DNA of 64,000 nt, taken from contig CAYPIU010000001.1 in NCBI GenBank assembly GCA_964410915.1, positions 150,569 to 214,568 on the forward strand. Direction: 5' to 3'. This document shows, one piece after another, positions 19,495 through 28,893 of the stretch; within the stretch, counting starts at the first letter, position 1, and each line of letters starts with the position of its first letter. A program made the translations under genes and the position numbers. Origin of the DNA: an uncultured Synergistales bacterium. Lineage in GTDB: Bacteria > Synergistota > Synergistia > Synergistales > JAFGMB01. Below the pieces are notes generated by a model. That model saw only the letters and a program-made list of their open reading frames with translations, did no database searches and was not told the origin of the DNA.

Positions 19495-20459
19495 TCGATA
19501 GATACGGAAGAATATTAAAATACTTGAGGATATCCATTACTGACAGGTGTAATTTCAGATGTCGGTATTGTATGCCTCCAGAAGGAATAACCTGGCATAA
19601 ACATGAAGATATAATGACCTACGAGGATATTACGTTTCTTGTTAATGTTCTGACTGGCATGGGAGTTGAAAAAGTAAGGTTTACTGGTGGAGAGCCACTC
19701 TTAAGACCTGGCTTTCCAAATTACCTTAAAGAGTTTTGCGCAACTTTTCCAGATATCAAGACTACTTTCACAACAAATGGGTCCCTTTTGCGGAGATACC
19801 ATGATGATATTCTCTCTTCGAAACTAAACAGAATTAATATAAGCCTGGATACACTTTCTCCTGAAAAGTTTTCTGAGATTACAAGGATTGGTGATCTTGA
19901 AACTGTTCTGGATGGAATTAAACTGTTTTCAGGCTTAAAACAGTTTAACCTCAGGATCAATACGGTGGTTATAAAGGGTTTTAATGATGGTGAAATCAAA
20001 GATATAATTGAATTTTCCCTTGAAAATAACATTCTTCCCAGGTTTATTGAATTCATGCCACTTGATGATGATATATGGAGTGGAAATTGTTATGTCTCAG
20101 CCGATAATATTCTGGATTCCCTTCCGGAGAAAGATCATTGGGAACCTATGATTATGGATCAGGAAATAAGTCCAGGTCCCGCAAAGTATTATTACAATTC
20201 AAAAACCAAACAGAAACTTGGAATTATCGCTGCAGTTTCACATCATTTCTGTAAAGAATGTAACAGATTGAGAGTAACGGCACTTGGAGAAATGCGTCCA
20301 TGTCTTTTCAGCGACAAGGGAATTTCCCTGATCGAGGCTATTAGAGAAAGAGATACGCTGGAATTAAAGAATAGAATAATTACCGCAGTAGAGCAGAAAC
20401 CGTCCGGATGGGATTCTTCTGAAGGACATGCATGTCATATGTCTCGTATTGGAGGTTAG
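19482..20459 (+). CDS. moaA: GTP 3',8-cyclase MoaA (radical SAM)
   Basis: Radical SAM motif CNFRCRYC near the N-terminus and the C-terminal auxiliary cluster CKECNRLRVT..G..RPC. ATG 19482 follows GGGGGA. The ORF is open from 19446. Confidence 0.92.
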   Translation: MGGLIDRYGRILKYLRISITDRCNFRCRYCMPPEGITWHKHEDIMTYEDITFLVNVLTGMGVEKVRFTGGEPLLRPGFPNYLKEFCATFPDIKTTFTTNGSLLRRYHDDILSSKLNRINISLDTLSPEKFSEITRIGDLETVLDGIKLFSGLKQFNLRINTVVIKGFNDGEIKDIIEFSLENNILPRFIEFMPLDDDIWSGNCYVSADNILDSLPEKDHWEPMIMDQEISPGPAKYYYNSKTKQKLGIIAAVSHHFCKECNRLRVTALGEMRPCLFSDKGISLIEAIRERDTLELKNRIITAVEQKPSGWDSSEGHACHMSRIGG

Positions 20460-20464
20460 AAATT

Positions 20465-20962
20465 ATGGATCTTACTCATCTTGATGATTCCGGACATCCT
20501 GTTATGGTGGATGTTTCGACAAAAGATATTACTGTAAGAACTGCAGAAGCCGAAGGTGAGGTAAGATTATCACTTAAGGTCTTTGAATCAATTCGTTCAG
20601 GATCTATTGTAAAAGGTGATGTATTTAAAATTGCCGAGACTGCAGGGATAATGGCTCTTAAAAAGACTTCCGATATAATACCCCTTTGTCATTCTATTCG
20701 CATAGAACATTCATCTGTACGCTGTGAGCTTATTGAAAGTTCAATGACAGTAAGGATTTCCTGTACTGTAAAGACAAGAGAAGTTACTGGTGTTGAAATG
20801 GAAGCTATCACAGGTGTAATGGGAGCGGCATTGACAATATATGATATGTGCAAGGCGATAGATAAAACTATGACAATATCAAATATCAGGCTCTTATCCA
20901 AAACAGGAGGTAAAAGCGGTTCATTTTTAAACAAAAAGGAGTCATTGGATGAAGATTCTTGA
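20465..20962 (+). CDS. moaC: cyclic pyranopterin monophosphate synthase MoaC
   Basis: MoaC motifs (MVDVS.K..T.R.A, IIPLCH, VEMEA..G). ATG 20465 is preceded by GGAGG at 9-nt spacing. Confidence 0.9.
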   Translation: MDLTHLDDSGHPVMVDVSTKDITVRTAEAEGEVRLSLKVFESIRSGSIVKGDVFKIAETAGIMALKKTSDIIPLCHSIRIEHSSVRCELIESSMTVRISCTVKTREVTGVEMEAITGVMGAALTIYDMCKAIDKTMTISNIRLLSKTGGKSGSFLNKKESLDEDS

Positions 20963-21770
20963 GATAATCGATACTTTTGAAAATTCAGCACCAAAGATCT
21001 GTTATATCTCCAGAGGAATAAATGGATCCTGCAGCGTTAATGGTAACAGCATTGACATGTTCGCAGTTGCTCCTGGTTTTCTGGACAAACAAAACCAGGG
21101 GATATATATGGTTCTGCCGAGGGAAAACTTCCCTCTTGAAACTGGTAAAACTCTCTACGACTCACATGGCGGAGTTATTTTAGATATTAATGAAAAGGTT
21201 TCTGAGAATACATATAGACTAACTGTCAACCAGGCTGGATTTATTTGTCTATCAGATACACTTGATATTATCCATATTATCAAAACCTGTATTCTTACGG
21301 TCAGTGACAAGGGGAGCAGAGGAGAAAGAAATGATACCTCGGGTCCTGCCCTTTCAGATATGATTGATTCCATTGGTTCAGATATTATTGATGCAAAAAT
21401 TGTTCCAGATGAAAGATCAGCCATAACAAGTACAATAAAGCAATGGATAAACCAATACTGTCCTGACGTAATACTTGTTACCGGAGGAACTGGTCTTTCA
21501 TCCCGTGATGTAACTCCTGAAGCTCTTCGATCTATTTCCGATAGCGAAATACCGGGAATAGGAGAGTATATGCGTATTAAGACATCAGAGTTTACAGAAA
21601 GGTCTATTCTTTCAAGATCTTCAGCTCATATCATAGATCGAACCCTTGTGATATCTCTTCCTGGAAGTAAAAAAGGTTCGACCCAATGTCTTGGTGTGAT
21701 CCTCCCGATAATGAGGCATGCAGTAGATATAATTACAGCGAGGGAAACGGAATGTGGAACCAGTAGTTAG
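20949..21770 (+). CDS. moaB: MoaB/Mog-type molybdopterin adenylyltransferase domain protein with an unassigned N-terminal extension of about 110 aa
   Basis: The C-terminal 160 aa carry MoCF-biosynthesis motifs (ILTVSDKGSRGERNDTSGP, VILVTGGTGLSSRDVTPEA, SLPGS). The N-terminal 110 aa could not be assigned. AGGAG lies 7 nt upstream of the ATG. Confidence 0.8.
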   Translation: MKILEIIDTFENSAPKICYISRGINGSCSVNGNSIDMFAVAPGFLDKQNQGIYMVLPRENFPLETGKTLYDSHGGVILDINEKVSENTYRLTVNQAGFICLSDTLDIIHIIKTCILTVSDKGSRGERNDTSGPALSDMIDSIGSDIIDAKIVPDERSAITSTIKQWINQYCPDVILVTGGTGLSSRDVTPEALRSISDSEIPGIGEYMRIKTSEFTERSILSRSSAHIIDRTLVISLPGSKKGSTQCLGVILPIMRHAVDIITARETECGTSS

Positions 21771-21785
21771 TTTTTCAGAGATGGG

Positions 21786-22682
21786 GTGTTTTACATAGAC
21801 AATATGGCCGGGAGAGTTAACAGATGTTTCATAATTACAGGAATGTCAGGAGCAGGGAAGTCTGCTACTCTCAACATATTTGAAGATCAGGGCATGTTCG
21901 CTGTCGACAATATTCCTCCCTCTCTGATCCCTCAGTTATTGAATGTTCTCTCCAGACACCGTCTGGCTGTTGATAATGGCCTGGCTGCAGTTGTTGATGT
22001 TCGTGGTGGTGATCTGATGGGAGATCTCCTATCTGTTTTAGGAGATCTCAGGAAGAGTCTTTCAAATATTAAACTAATTTTCCTTGATGCAGATAATGAT
22101 GTCCTTGTTAGACGTTTTGGCGCGACTCGGAGAAGACATCCACTTTCTCATGATCTTACAACCCTTGATGGAGTCAACATGGAGAGAAAACTTCTTTCCC
22201 CAATATTCGAAAACGCAGATATAATCCTGAATACGTCTGACCTTAATCTGAAACAGTTACGTAATAACTTAATGAGTCAACTGGGATATTCAATAGAAAG
22301 AGCTACGATGATATTCACTTCTTTTGGATATAAATACGGGATACCACAAGATTGTGATTTCATACTTGATGTACGTTTTCTACCAAATCCCCACTATATC
22401 TCAGATCTTCGCCCATATTCGGGAGAAGACGAACCCGTAAGCAAATATATATGGTCTTTTTCAGAGACAGAAGGTTTCCTTCAAAGATTCACAGATCTTC
22501 TGGATTATATTATTCCTCTATATATGAACACAGGTAAACAACAGATACATATAGGTATTGGCTGTACTGGAGGCAGGCATCGTTCTGTTGCTGTAGCCAG
22601 ATGGCTTGGGGAATATTTTAAGGGCCCTCGCCAGCACTGTCTTGTCCGACATCGCGATATAGAAAGGGAAAAGGTGTTATAA
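21786..22682 (+). CDS. rapZ: RNase adapter / nucleotide-binding protein RapZ (YvcJ family)
   Basis: P-loop ITGMSGAGKS and the C-terminal motif GCTGGRHRSV. Followed by yvcK and whiA, as in Firmicutes. Confidence 0.9.
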   Translation: MFYIDNMAGRVNRCFIITGMSGAGKSATLNIFEDQGMFAVDNIPPSLIPQLLNVLSRHRLAVDNGLAAVVDVRGGDLMGDLLSVLGDLRKSLSNIKLIFLDADNDVLVRRFGATRRRHPLSHDLTTLDGVNMERKLLSPIFENADIILNTSDLNLKQLRNNLMSQLGYSIERATMIFTSFGYKYGIPQDCDFILDVRFLPNPHYISDLRPYSGEDEPVSKYIWSFSETEGFLQRFTDLLDYIIPLYMNTGKQQIHIGIGCTGGRHRSVAVARWLGEYFKGPRQHCLVRHRDIEREKVL

Positions 22683-22684
22683 GA

Positions 22685-23812
22685 ATGGACTGGAGGTCAG
22701 GTTTTCTACTGGGACTTCTTTCTGCCTTTTTGATAATATCTCTTCTGCGCAGTAATATATTCAGCAATGGTTCCAGAACCAGGAAGAAAGATTCAATGAA
22801 AAGGATCAGGCAATCAAGTGTCATGTCAAATGCCATAGATCTCCGACTTGCAATGGGTCCTTCTATAGTTACATTGGGAGGAGGAACCGGCCTGTCATCA
22901 CTTCTTTCCGGGCTCAAAAGTTTTACACGTAATATCACTGCTGTTGTTACCGTTACAGATGAAGGAGGAAGTTCAGGAAGACTTCGGGATGAATGGGGTG
23001 TACTTCCACCTGGTGATATACGTAATTGTCTGGTTGCTCTTGCTGAAGATGATAATGAACTGAGGCAGATACTTGACTTCAGGTTTGATCAGGGTGAACT
23101 TAAGGGACATAGTCTTGGGAACTTGATCTTACTTGCTCTTACAGAGATATCCGGAGATTTCAGGCTAGGTGTAGAAAGGATAAACAATCTTCTAGCTATT
23201 CGAGGGAAAGTTCTTCCTGTAACGACAGAATCGGTTTCCATCTTTGGAAGAACATTCAATGGAGATTTTGTGCGAGGAGAACTTGGAGTTACAAAATGTG
23301 GAAGTGAGCTTGAAGATATATGGCTTGAGCCAGGTGATTCAAAACCTGTGACTGAGGTTCTTCGATCTATTCAGGAGGCAGATATTATAGTTTTTGGTCC
23401 TGGTAGTCTTTTTACAAGTGTTTTACCAAATCTAATGGTTCCAGGTGTAAGTGAAATGATAACCAGAACATCTTTACCAACCGTATATGTTGCGAATCTG
23501 ATGACTCAACCTGGAGAAACTGACGGATTTTCAGTTTCAAAACATATTCAGTGGCTTGAGAACTTTCTTGGCAAAGTCCCTGATTTTGTTCTCGTAAATA
23601 ACCAGAACATTCCTGAACCTATTCTGTCAAATTATTCAGAACAGGGAGCATTTCCGCTTTTCCTTACTATGGATGAAAGGGAATATCTGGAGAAAAAGAA
23701 CTGTGAAGTTATTGAAGCACCTTTTTTCAGTATTTCAGAAGGGTCTGTTCTGCGTCACAATGGTCAGGCAGTTTCGGAAGTCCTGATGAAGATCTGCCGG
23801 GAAAGGGAATGA
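22685..23812 (+). CDS. yvcK: YvcK-family gluconeogenesis factor (CofD-like) with an N-terminal hydrophobic extension
   Basis: Core motifs IVTLGGGTGLSSLLSGLK, VTVTDEGGSSGRLR and GPGSLFTSV. The first 60 aa or so include a predicted TM helix (FLLGLLSAFLIISLL). Confidence 0.88.
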   Translation: MDWRSGFLLGLLSAFLIISLLRSNIFSNGSRTRKKDSMKRIRQSSVMSNAIDLRLAMGPSIVTLGGGTGLSSLLSGLKSFTRNITAVVTVTDEGGSSGRLRDEWGVLPPGDIRNCLVALAEDDNELRQILDFRFDQGELKGHSLGNLILLALTEISGDFRLGVERINNLLAIRGKVLPVTTESVSIFGRTFNGDFVRGELGVTKCGSELEDIWLEPGDSKPVTEVLRSIQEADIIVFGPGSLFTSVLPNLMVPGVSEMITRTSLPTVYVANLMTQPGETDGFSVSKHIQWLENFLGKVPDFVLVNNQNIPEPILSNYSEQGAFPLFLTMDEREYLEKKNCEVIEAPFFSISEGSVLRHNGQAVSEVLMKICRERE

Positions 23813-23821
23813 TGTTCAAGA

Positions 23822-24700
23822 ATGCAGAATTTACGTCTGCAGATCTGGGATGAGTGGCTTGGAGATCGAGTTGATGATCCATCCAAGTTGAATTGTGAGA
23901 TAGCTGGTATCATAGAATGTATGAAAAGATCCATTTCCACCAGAAACGTAATCCTTAAAAGTAATCATTTGTGGGTTTTTCGCCGACTGATCAAGCTTTG
24001 GAAACTTTCCATCTGGTCTGAAACTTTTGATATTACTCATGTACTTGACGTGCCCCGTAACATGCATGGGATGGTATCAGTGACATTACCATCTTATCTT
24101 CATAATGAACTTATATCCTTTGGTAAGAAATGCTCTCTTTCGGGGAATTACTGGAACTGGATACGAGGTATCTGGGGTAATGCTGGTCATATTTATTTAC
24201 CCAAAAATGGGTATAATCTTGTATTTCGCTTATTAAGCCGAAATATCGCCGACAGGATCGTAAATAGAATGAAAATTAGTGGTATTTCAGTATCTACAAG
24301 GCAGAAGAATAATTATACAGAGGTCATGATAAGAAATCAGGAAGATATCGTTACTCTTTTATCAAAAATGAGATTGTATAATGCTTCTCTTATCATTGAA
24401 CAGCGATCTATGGTAAGGGCGATGAGGAATAGGGCCAACAAGCTTGTAAATTGTGACTCTTCAAATATCAGGAAGAGTCTTGAAGTTGCTGAAAAACAGA
24501 TCAATATAGCGAAAACTCTCAAGGATAGCGGTTATTATGATAATCTGCCACCTAAATTGAAAGAAATAATTGATGTTCGTATCAAGAATCCCAGCGCAAC
24601 CTTAACTGAGTTAGGAACATATCTTGATAAACCTGTCAGCAAGTCCACTGTTAAATATAGATGGAGTAAAATTAAACAGATATTAGATAATCGTCAGTAA
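23822..24700 (+). CDS. whiA: DNA-binding protein WhiA
   Basis: 292 aa with a degenerate LAGLIDADG-type N-terminal region and a C-terminal HTH (ATLTELGTYLDKPVSKSTVKYRWSKI). Synteny with rapZ-yvcK. Confidence 0.85.
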   Translation: MQNLRLQIWDEWLGDRVDDPSKLNCEIAGIIECMKRSISTRNVILKSNHLWVFRRLIKLWKLSIWSETFDITHVLDVPRNMHGMVSVTLPSYLHNELISFGKKCSLSGNYWNWIRGIWGNAGHIYLPKNGYNLVFRLLSRNIADRIVNRMKISGISVSTRQKNNYTEVMIRNQEDIVTLLSKMRLYNASLIIEQRSMVRAMRNRANKLVNCDSSNIRKSLEVAEKQINIAKTLKDSGYYDNLPPKLKEIIDVRIKNPSATLTELGTYLDKPVSKSTVKYRWSKIKQILDNRQ

Positions 24701-24736
24701 ACTTTTCTGTAAATTATCCTCATGTGATCTCTACAC

Positions 24737-24800
24737 TTGCCAATAGTTTCACTGATTGTAAAATATATCCTTGACAGGGAAAGCTATATCAACAGACAAT
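24737..24800 (+). promoter_or_regulatory. candidate sigma-70-type promoters upstream of gap
   Basis: TTGCCA (24737-42)-N16-TAAAAT (24759-64), and TTGACA (24771-76)-N18-GACAAT. These lie 80-140 nt upstream of the gap ATG. Pattern match only. Confidence 0.3.
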
Positions 24801-24881
24801 ATCATCTAAAGCTGCATATCGTTATTCTGCTAATGTAACTAATTATATATAGCAGTTTAGAATAAGAAAGGGTGGTTCTAT

Positions 24882-25901
24882 ATGAGTAATGTTAAAGTTG
24901 CAATTAATGGTTTTGGAAGGATAGGAAGGCTGGTCTTGAGGTCTCTTTTACAATATGACAGGGAGGGACTCTTTGAAATCGTCGCAACCAACAGCAGGAC
25001 GTCTCCCGAACAACGTGCCTATATGTTCAAGTATGATTCAGTTCATGGAAGATATCCCGGAGACGTTTCATTCGATGAAAATAATATATATGTAGATGGC
25101 AAAAAGATAGAAGTTCTTTCCGTGAAGAATACTGAAGAGTTACCATGGAAAGAGATCGGTGTTGATATCGTAATTGAATCCACAGGTAAAGCACGAACCA
25201 CAGATGCTGCTTCCGGACATTTAACTGCAGGTGCGAAAAAGGTTGTTATATCGGCTCCCGGTAGTGGAGAAGATATCCTGACTCTGGTTATGGGGGTGAA
25301 CGAGGAGTTATATGATCCAGAGGTTAATGATATTATTTCAAATGCATCATGTACTACAAACTGTCTTGCCCCAATGGTAAAAGTCCTGAATGACGAGTTT
25401 GGAATAAAGAAAGGCTTGATGACAACATCTCACTCTTATACAAACGATCAGAAAACTCTTGATTCTTCCCACTCAAAACTCCATAGAGGAAGAGCTGCTG
25501 CACTTTCTATCATACCCACCAGTACAGGAGCAGCAAAAGCGCTTGGCACTGTGATTCCTTCAATGAAAGGGAAACTTAACGGGCTCGCGCTGAGAGTGCC
25601 GACCCCTGATGTATCCGTTGTGGATCTTGTAGCGGAGTTATCAGTAAATACAAATACTGCAGAAATTAACAATGCTTTCCGAAAACACGCAGAAACAGAC
25701 CTTGCAGGTTATCTTTATTACGAAGATGGAGACCTCGTTTCAATGGATTTTGTAGGCGATCCACATTCTGCAATATTTGCAGCGCCACACACTATGGTCA
25801 TTGATAATATGGTAAAGATCCTTGGCTGGTATGACAACGAATGGGGATATTCCTGCAGGATAGTAGATCTGGTCAATTATATAATAAAGAAGGGGCTGTA
25901 G
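24882..25901 (+). CDS. gap: type I glyceraldehyde-3-phosphate dehydrogenase
   Basis: Motifs INGFGRIGR and active site SNASCTTNCLAP, plus WYDNEWGYS. Confidence 0.95.
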   Translation: MSNVKVAINGFGRIGRLVLRSLLQYDREGLFEIVATNSRTSPEQRAYMFKYDSVHGRYPGDVSFDENNIYVDGKKIEVLSVKNTEELPWKEIGVDIVIESTGKARTTDAASGHLTAGAKKVVISAPGSGEDILTLVMGVNEELYDPEVNDIISNASCTTNCLAPMVKVLNDEFGIKKGLMTTSHSYTNDQKTLDSSHSKLHRGRAAALSIIPTSTGAAKALGTVIPSMKGKLNGLALRVPTPDVSVVDLVAELSVNTNTAEINNAFRKHAETDLAGYLYYEDGDLVSMDFVGDPHSAIFAAPHTMVIDNMVKILGWYDNEWGYSCRIVDLVNYIIKKGL

Positions 25902-25904
25902 AAA

Positions 25905-27098
25905 ATGGACTTGAGGCAAGTTGAGTCCAGAGATCTAAAAAACAGGAAGGTGCTTGTAAGGGTAGATTTCAATGTTCCCTTCAAAGATGGTAAGATCACT
26001 GATTCAACGCGGATCAGCGCACATAAACCCACAATAGACCTATTGAGAGATTCAGGTGCAAAAATTGCTCTCGTAACACATTTTGGGAGGCCTGGCGGTA
26101 AAAGGGATGAAAAGTTTTCTACCCGCCATCTGGTAAATGAAATTCAATACCTTTACGGAATGAAAGTCAGGTTTGTAGATGATGTTAAAGGTCAGAATAT
26201 AACTGATTCAATGCAGACACTTGAAAATAATGAGCTTATCCTTCTTGAAAATATACGTTTCAACCCTGAGGAAAAGAAGAATGACAAAGTCTTTGCTACT
26301 GAACTTGGTAAATCCTTTGATCTCTTTATCATGGATGCTTTCAGTGCATGTCATAGAGCTCATGCTTCAACAAATGCCATACAGCAGGTTATTCCGTCAT
26401 ATGCTGGACTCCTTCTGAAAAAAGAAGTAGATATGTTGGGTAATGTAAAGGAGGATCCGGAAAAGCCTTTTACGATCATTCTGGGTGGAGCGAAAGTTTC
26501 GGACAAGATAGGAGTAATAGAGTCTCTAATGGATAAAGCATCCTCAATACTAATTGGTGGAGGAATGGCTTTTACATTTTTGAAGGCATCCGGAAGAAAT
26601 ACCGGCAATTCTATAGTAGAGGAAGAAAGAATCGAATATACGAAAAAAATAATGTCAAAAGCAAAGGATCATGGTGTGGCTATAGTGCTTCCTGTAGATT
26701 TCAGAGTAGGTCTTTCCCCTGAAGACGAGAGATCCGACATCGTTGATGCCGAAGCATTACCAGACGGTAAAATGGGGCTTGATATAGGTCCGGTTACCTC
26801 AGGTTTATTTAAGGCGTATATTGAAAATTCCAGGACTGTTCTCTGGAATGGCCCCCTCGGCGTTTTTGAAAATCCGGTTTTTGAATCCGGTACACATGAG
26901 ATCGCAGATTTTATTGCAAATCAGACAGATGAAGGAAAGTTATTCTCTGTGATCGGTGGAGGGGATAGCGCAGCCGCGGTGAAGAAGTTTGGCCTTGCAG
27001 ACAGAATGTCACATGTTTCTACAGGTGGGGGAGCGAGTCTCGAGTTTTTTGAAAAGGATATTCTGCCCGGAATAAAGCCTCTTATTGATCAAAAATAA
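25905..27098 (+). CDS. pgk: phosphoglycerate kinase
   Basis: Motifs [13 protein letters not shown] and GGGDSAAA; 397 aa. Confidence 0.95.
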   Translation: MDLRQVESRDLKNRKVLVRVDFNVPFKDGKITDSTRISAHKPTIDLLRDSGAKIALVTHFGRPGGKRDEKFSTRHLVNEIQYLYGMKVRFVDDVKGQNITDSMQTLENNELILLENIRFNPEEKKNDKVFATELGKSFDLFIMDAFSACHRAHASTNAIQQVIPSYAGLLLKKEVDMLGNVKEDPEKPFTIILGGAKVSDKIGVIESLMDKASSILIGGGMAFTFLKASGRNTGNSIVEEERIEYTKKIMSKAKDHGVAIVLPVDFRVGLSPEDERSDIVDAEALPDGKMGLDIGPVTSGLFKAYIENSRTVLWNGPLGVFENPVFESGTHEIADFIANQTDEGKLFSVIGGGDSAAAVKKFGLADRMSHVSTGGGASLEFFEKDILPGIKPLIDQK

Positions 27099-27131
27099 TG
27101 ATCTGAGGTCAATCCCGGAAACGAACTGAAA

Positions 27132-27167
27132 GTGACGGTGCTATCTATAATAGATTAGCACCGTCAC
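27132..27167 (+). other. perfect 12-bp stem-loop in the pgk-tpiA intergenic region
   Basis: GTGACGGTGCTA (27132-43) and TAGCACCGTCAC (27156-67) are exact reverse complements with a 12-nt AT loop. No U-tract follows. Confidence 0.5.
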
Positions 27168-27171
27168 ATAA

Positions 27172-27999
27172 TTGGAAAGGATGGTATTAATTTTGAAAAA
27201 GATCTATTTATTCGGAAACTGGAAAATGAACCATGGACTTTCCAGAACAGACAATTTCTTTAAAGAGTTTAATAATAGACTGGTATCTAACCAGTTAGCC
27301 GGCAATGCACTAAAACAACATCTGCTTGAATTGGCCTTTTTCCCGCCGTATGTGAGCGTTCAGAATGCATTAGGTGAAATAGCTTCAGAATACAAAGACA
27401 GTGTCTTTGTTGGGGCTCAAAACGCCCATCAGGAGGATCAGGGTGCTTATACAGGAGAGATCTCAATTGAGATGCTAAAGGAACTTGGGTGTAAATATGT
27501 AATAATCGGACATAGTGAAAGAAGACACATATTCGGAGAAACAAACCCAGTTATCAGTGCAAAGATTGAAAAATGTATTGAAAAAGATATAATACCGGTT
27601 CTATGTTATGGGGAAACTTTAAAAGAAAAGGAAGATGGGTTAACAATCAAAGTGATCGAAGAACAGTTAAAATCAGCTGTAGATAATATTTCAACTTCAG
27701 ACCTGAATGATAAAAAAATCATTTTTGCTTATGAACCTGTCTGGGCCATTGGGACGGGGTTATCTGCCACACCTTTAGATGCCGAGAATATATGCCGGAC
27801 AACCAGGGACATACTGAAGGACACAAAAGGTTCATCTATGTCAAGAGATCAAATAATACTTTACGGTGGAAGTGTCAAAGAAGGAAATGCAAAAGATTTA
27901 ATTAACCAGGAGAATATTGATGGTGCTCTGATAGGCGGGGCTTCACTAAAAGTTGATAGTTTTTTTGGAATAATCAATTCCTGCCTGGGACAAGACTAA
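27172..27999 (+). CDS. tpiA: triose-phosphate isomerase
   Basis: Motifs GNWKMN, IIGHSERR and AYEPVWAIGTG. The ORF starts at TTG 27172; ATG 27181 is an alternative start. Confidence 0.93.
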   Translation: MERMVLILKKIYLFGNWKMNHGLSRTDNFFKEFNNRLVSNQLAGNALKQHLLELAFFPPYVSVQNALGEIASEYKDSVFVGAQNAHQEDQGAYTGEISIEMLKELGCKYVIIGHSERRHIFGETNPVISAKIEKCIEKDIIPVLCYGETLKEKEDGLTIKVIEEQLKSAVDNISTSDLNDKKIIFAYEPVWAIGTGLSATPLDAENICRTTRDILKDTKGSSMSRDQIILYGGSVKEGNAKDLINQENIDGALIGGASLKVDSFFGIINSCLGQD

Positions 28000-28169
28000 A
28001 ATCTTTAAATTGGATTAGTTTGAATGAAAATAAGCATATTATGGACTTTACAAATTAGAACGCAACATAAGATATATTATATGACACTTTTAAATAAAGC
28101 TTTCCACTTCCCTAATATTTAAATTATTGCACAATCCTTGTATTATGCTTTGATAAAGGGGTGAAATAA

Positions 28170-28463
28170 ATGAAGATAGTTACCAGCAGGGACATTAAGA
28201 ATAACCCGAACATATTATTTGAAAAGAATTCAGAAACGATAATTACTTCACGCGGGAGGCCAAGAGCATTATGTATATGTCTTGATGAATCTGACTCTGA
28301 TAACATTGACAATATAATCTCATCGATTAAACATGCTCGAGCCAAGATATCTCTGGAAAAACTCCGGCTTTCTATAACTGATGATCCTTTGAATAATAAC
28401 GATTTCAGTTCAAAGATCGATAATTTCTTTGAACACGAAAATGGTTTAAAAAGTGAAAAGTAA
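28170..28463 (+). CDS. Phd/YefM-like antitoxin-type small protein
   Basis: 97 aa. The N-terminus MKIVTSRDIKNNPNILFEKNSETIITSRGRPRALCICLDE follows the Phd/YefM pattern (..v...e.r.n...l......pv.It..gkp.avl). AAAGGGG lies upstream of the ATG. The 3' end overlaps the next ORF by 11 nt. Confidence 0.6.
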   Translation: MKIVTSRDIKNNPNILFEKNSETIITSRGRPRALCICLDESDSDNIDNIISSIKHARAKISLEKLRLSITDDPLNNNDFSSKIDNFFEHENGLKSEK

Positions 28464-28893
28464 TATTACCTCCCACCTGGATACCAGGATCGTGATCCAT
28501 CCAAAAATATTCATACAGGGAGTTTTACTTCCGCTGAGTTCATCGGGTGAATTAATGAGCCTTATTCTTGACGATCATTTCATACCAGTTGTAAATTCTG
28601 ATCTTTTAAACATCTACGCAGAAACATTGATTGACCCTGTTTTTCAGCTTGACAAAAAGTCAGGTATCGATTTTATCTTGAAATTCAGGTGTCTTTGTGA
28701 AATTGTAACTGCAAGTCCTTTAGCAATTCAATACCGAAAATATCTAAAAGAAGAACACATATTTTACTCAATTTCAAATTCATCCGGGATGGTCCCGCTG
28801 ATAAAACCTTCTCTACACTATTACCTTGGCAGTGATACTTTCAGAGTTCCAGTATACACTCCTCAAGGTTTTTTAAAAAAGAATGGATTTTAA
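28453..28893 (+). CDS. PIN-like (PIN_3/TIGR00305-like) protein, putative toxin partner, with an apparently degenerate active site
   Basis: 146 aa with a GTG start. Its layout resembles small PIN toxins: HLDTRIV (beta1 Asp), S..LLNIYAETL (helix Glu), KEEHIFYSIS instead of D.DD..fl..A, LIKPSLHYYL instead of lvTgDkdLl, and the C-terminal VYTPQGFLKK (= i.tp.eFl). The assignment was made by eye and is not verified. Confidence 0.5.
   Translation: MKSNITSHLDTRIVIHPKIFIQGVLLPLSSSGELMSLILDDHFIPVVNSDLLNIYAETLIDPVFQLDKKSGIDFILKFRCLCEIVTASPLAIQYRKYLKEEHIFYSISNSSGMVPLIKPSLHYYLGSDTFRVPVYTPQGFLKKNGF

Noticed and set aside
28024-28122. 32-aa ORF (MKISILWTLQIRTQHKIYYMTLLNKAFHFPNI) in the AT-rich spacer upstream of the antitoxin-like gene.
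   Set aside because: It has no Shine-Dalgarno sequence. Its composition simply mirrors AT-rich DNA. It carries no motif and is most likely random. It could only be rescued by conservation data.
28124-28345. 73-aa minus-strand ORF overlapping the Phd/YefM-like gene.
   Set aside because: It is antisense to an ORF that has a good RBS and a recognisable N-terminal pattern. It has no signal of its own. An antisense RNA (a type I or type III-like layout) cannot be excluded, but nothing in the sequence supports it.
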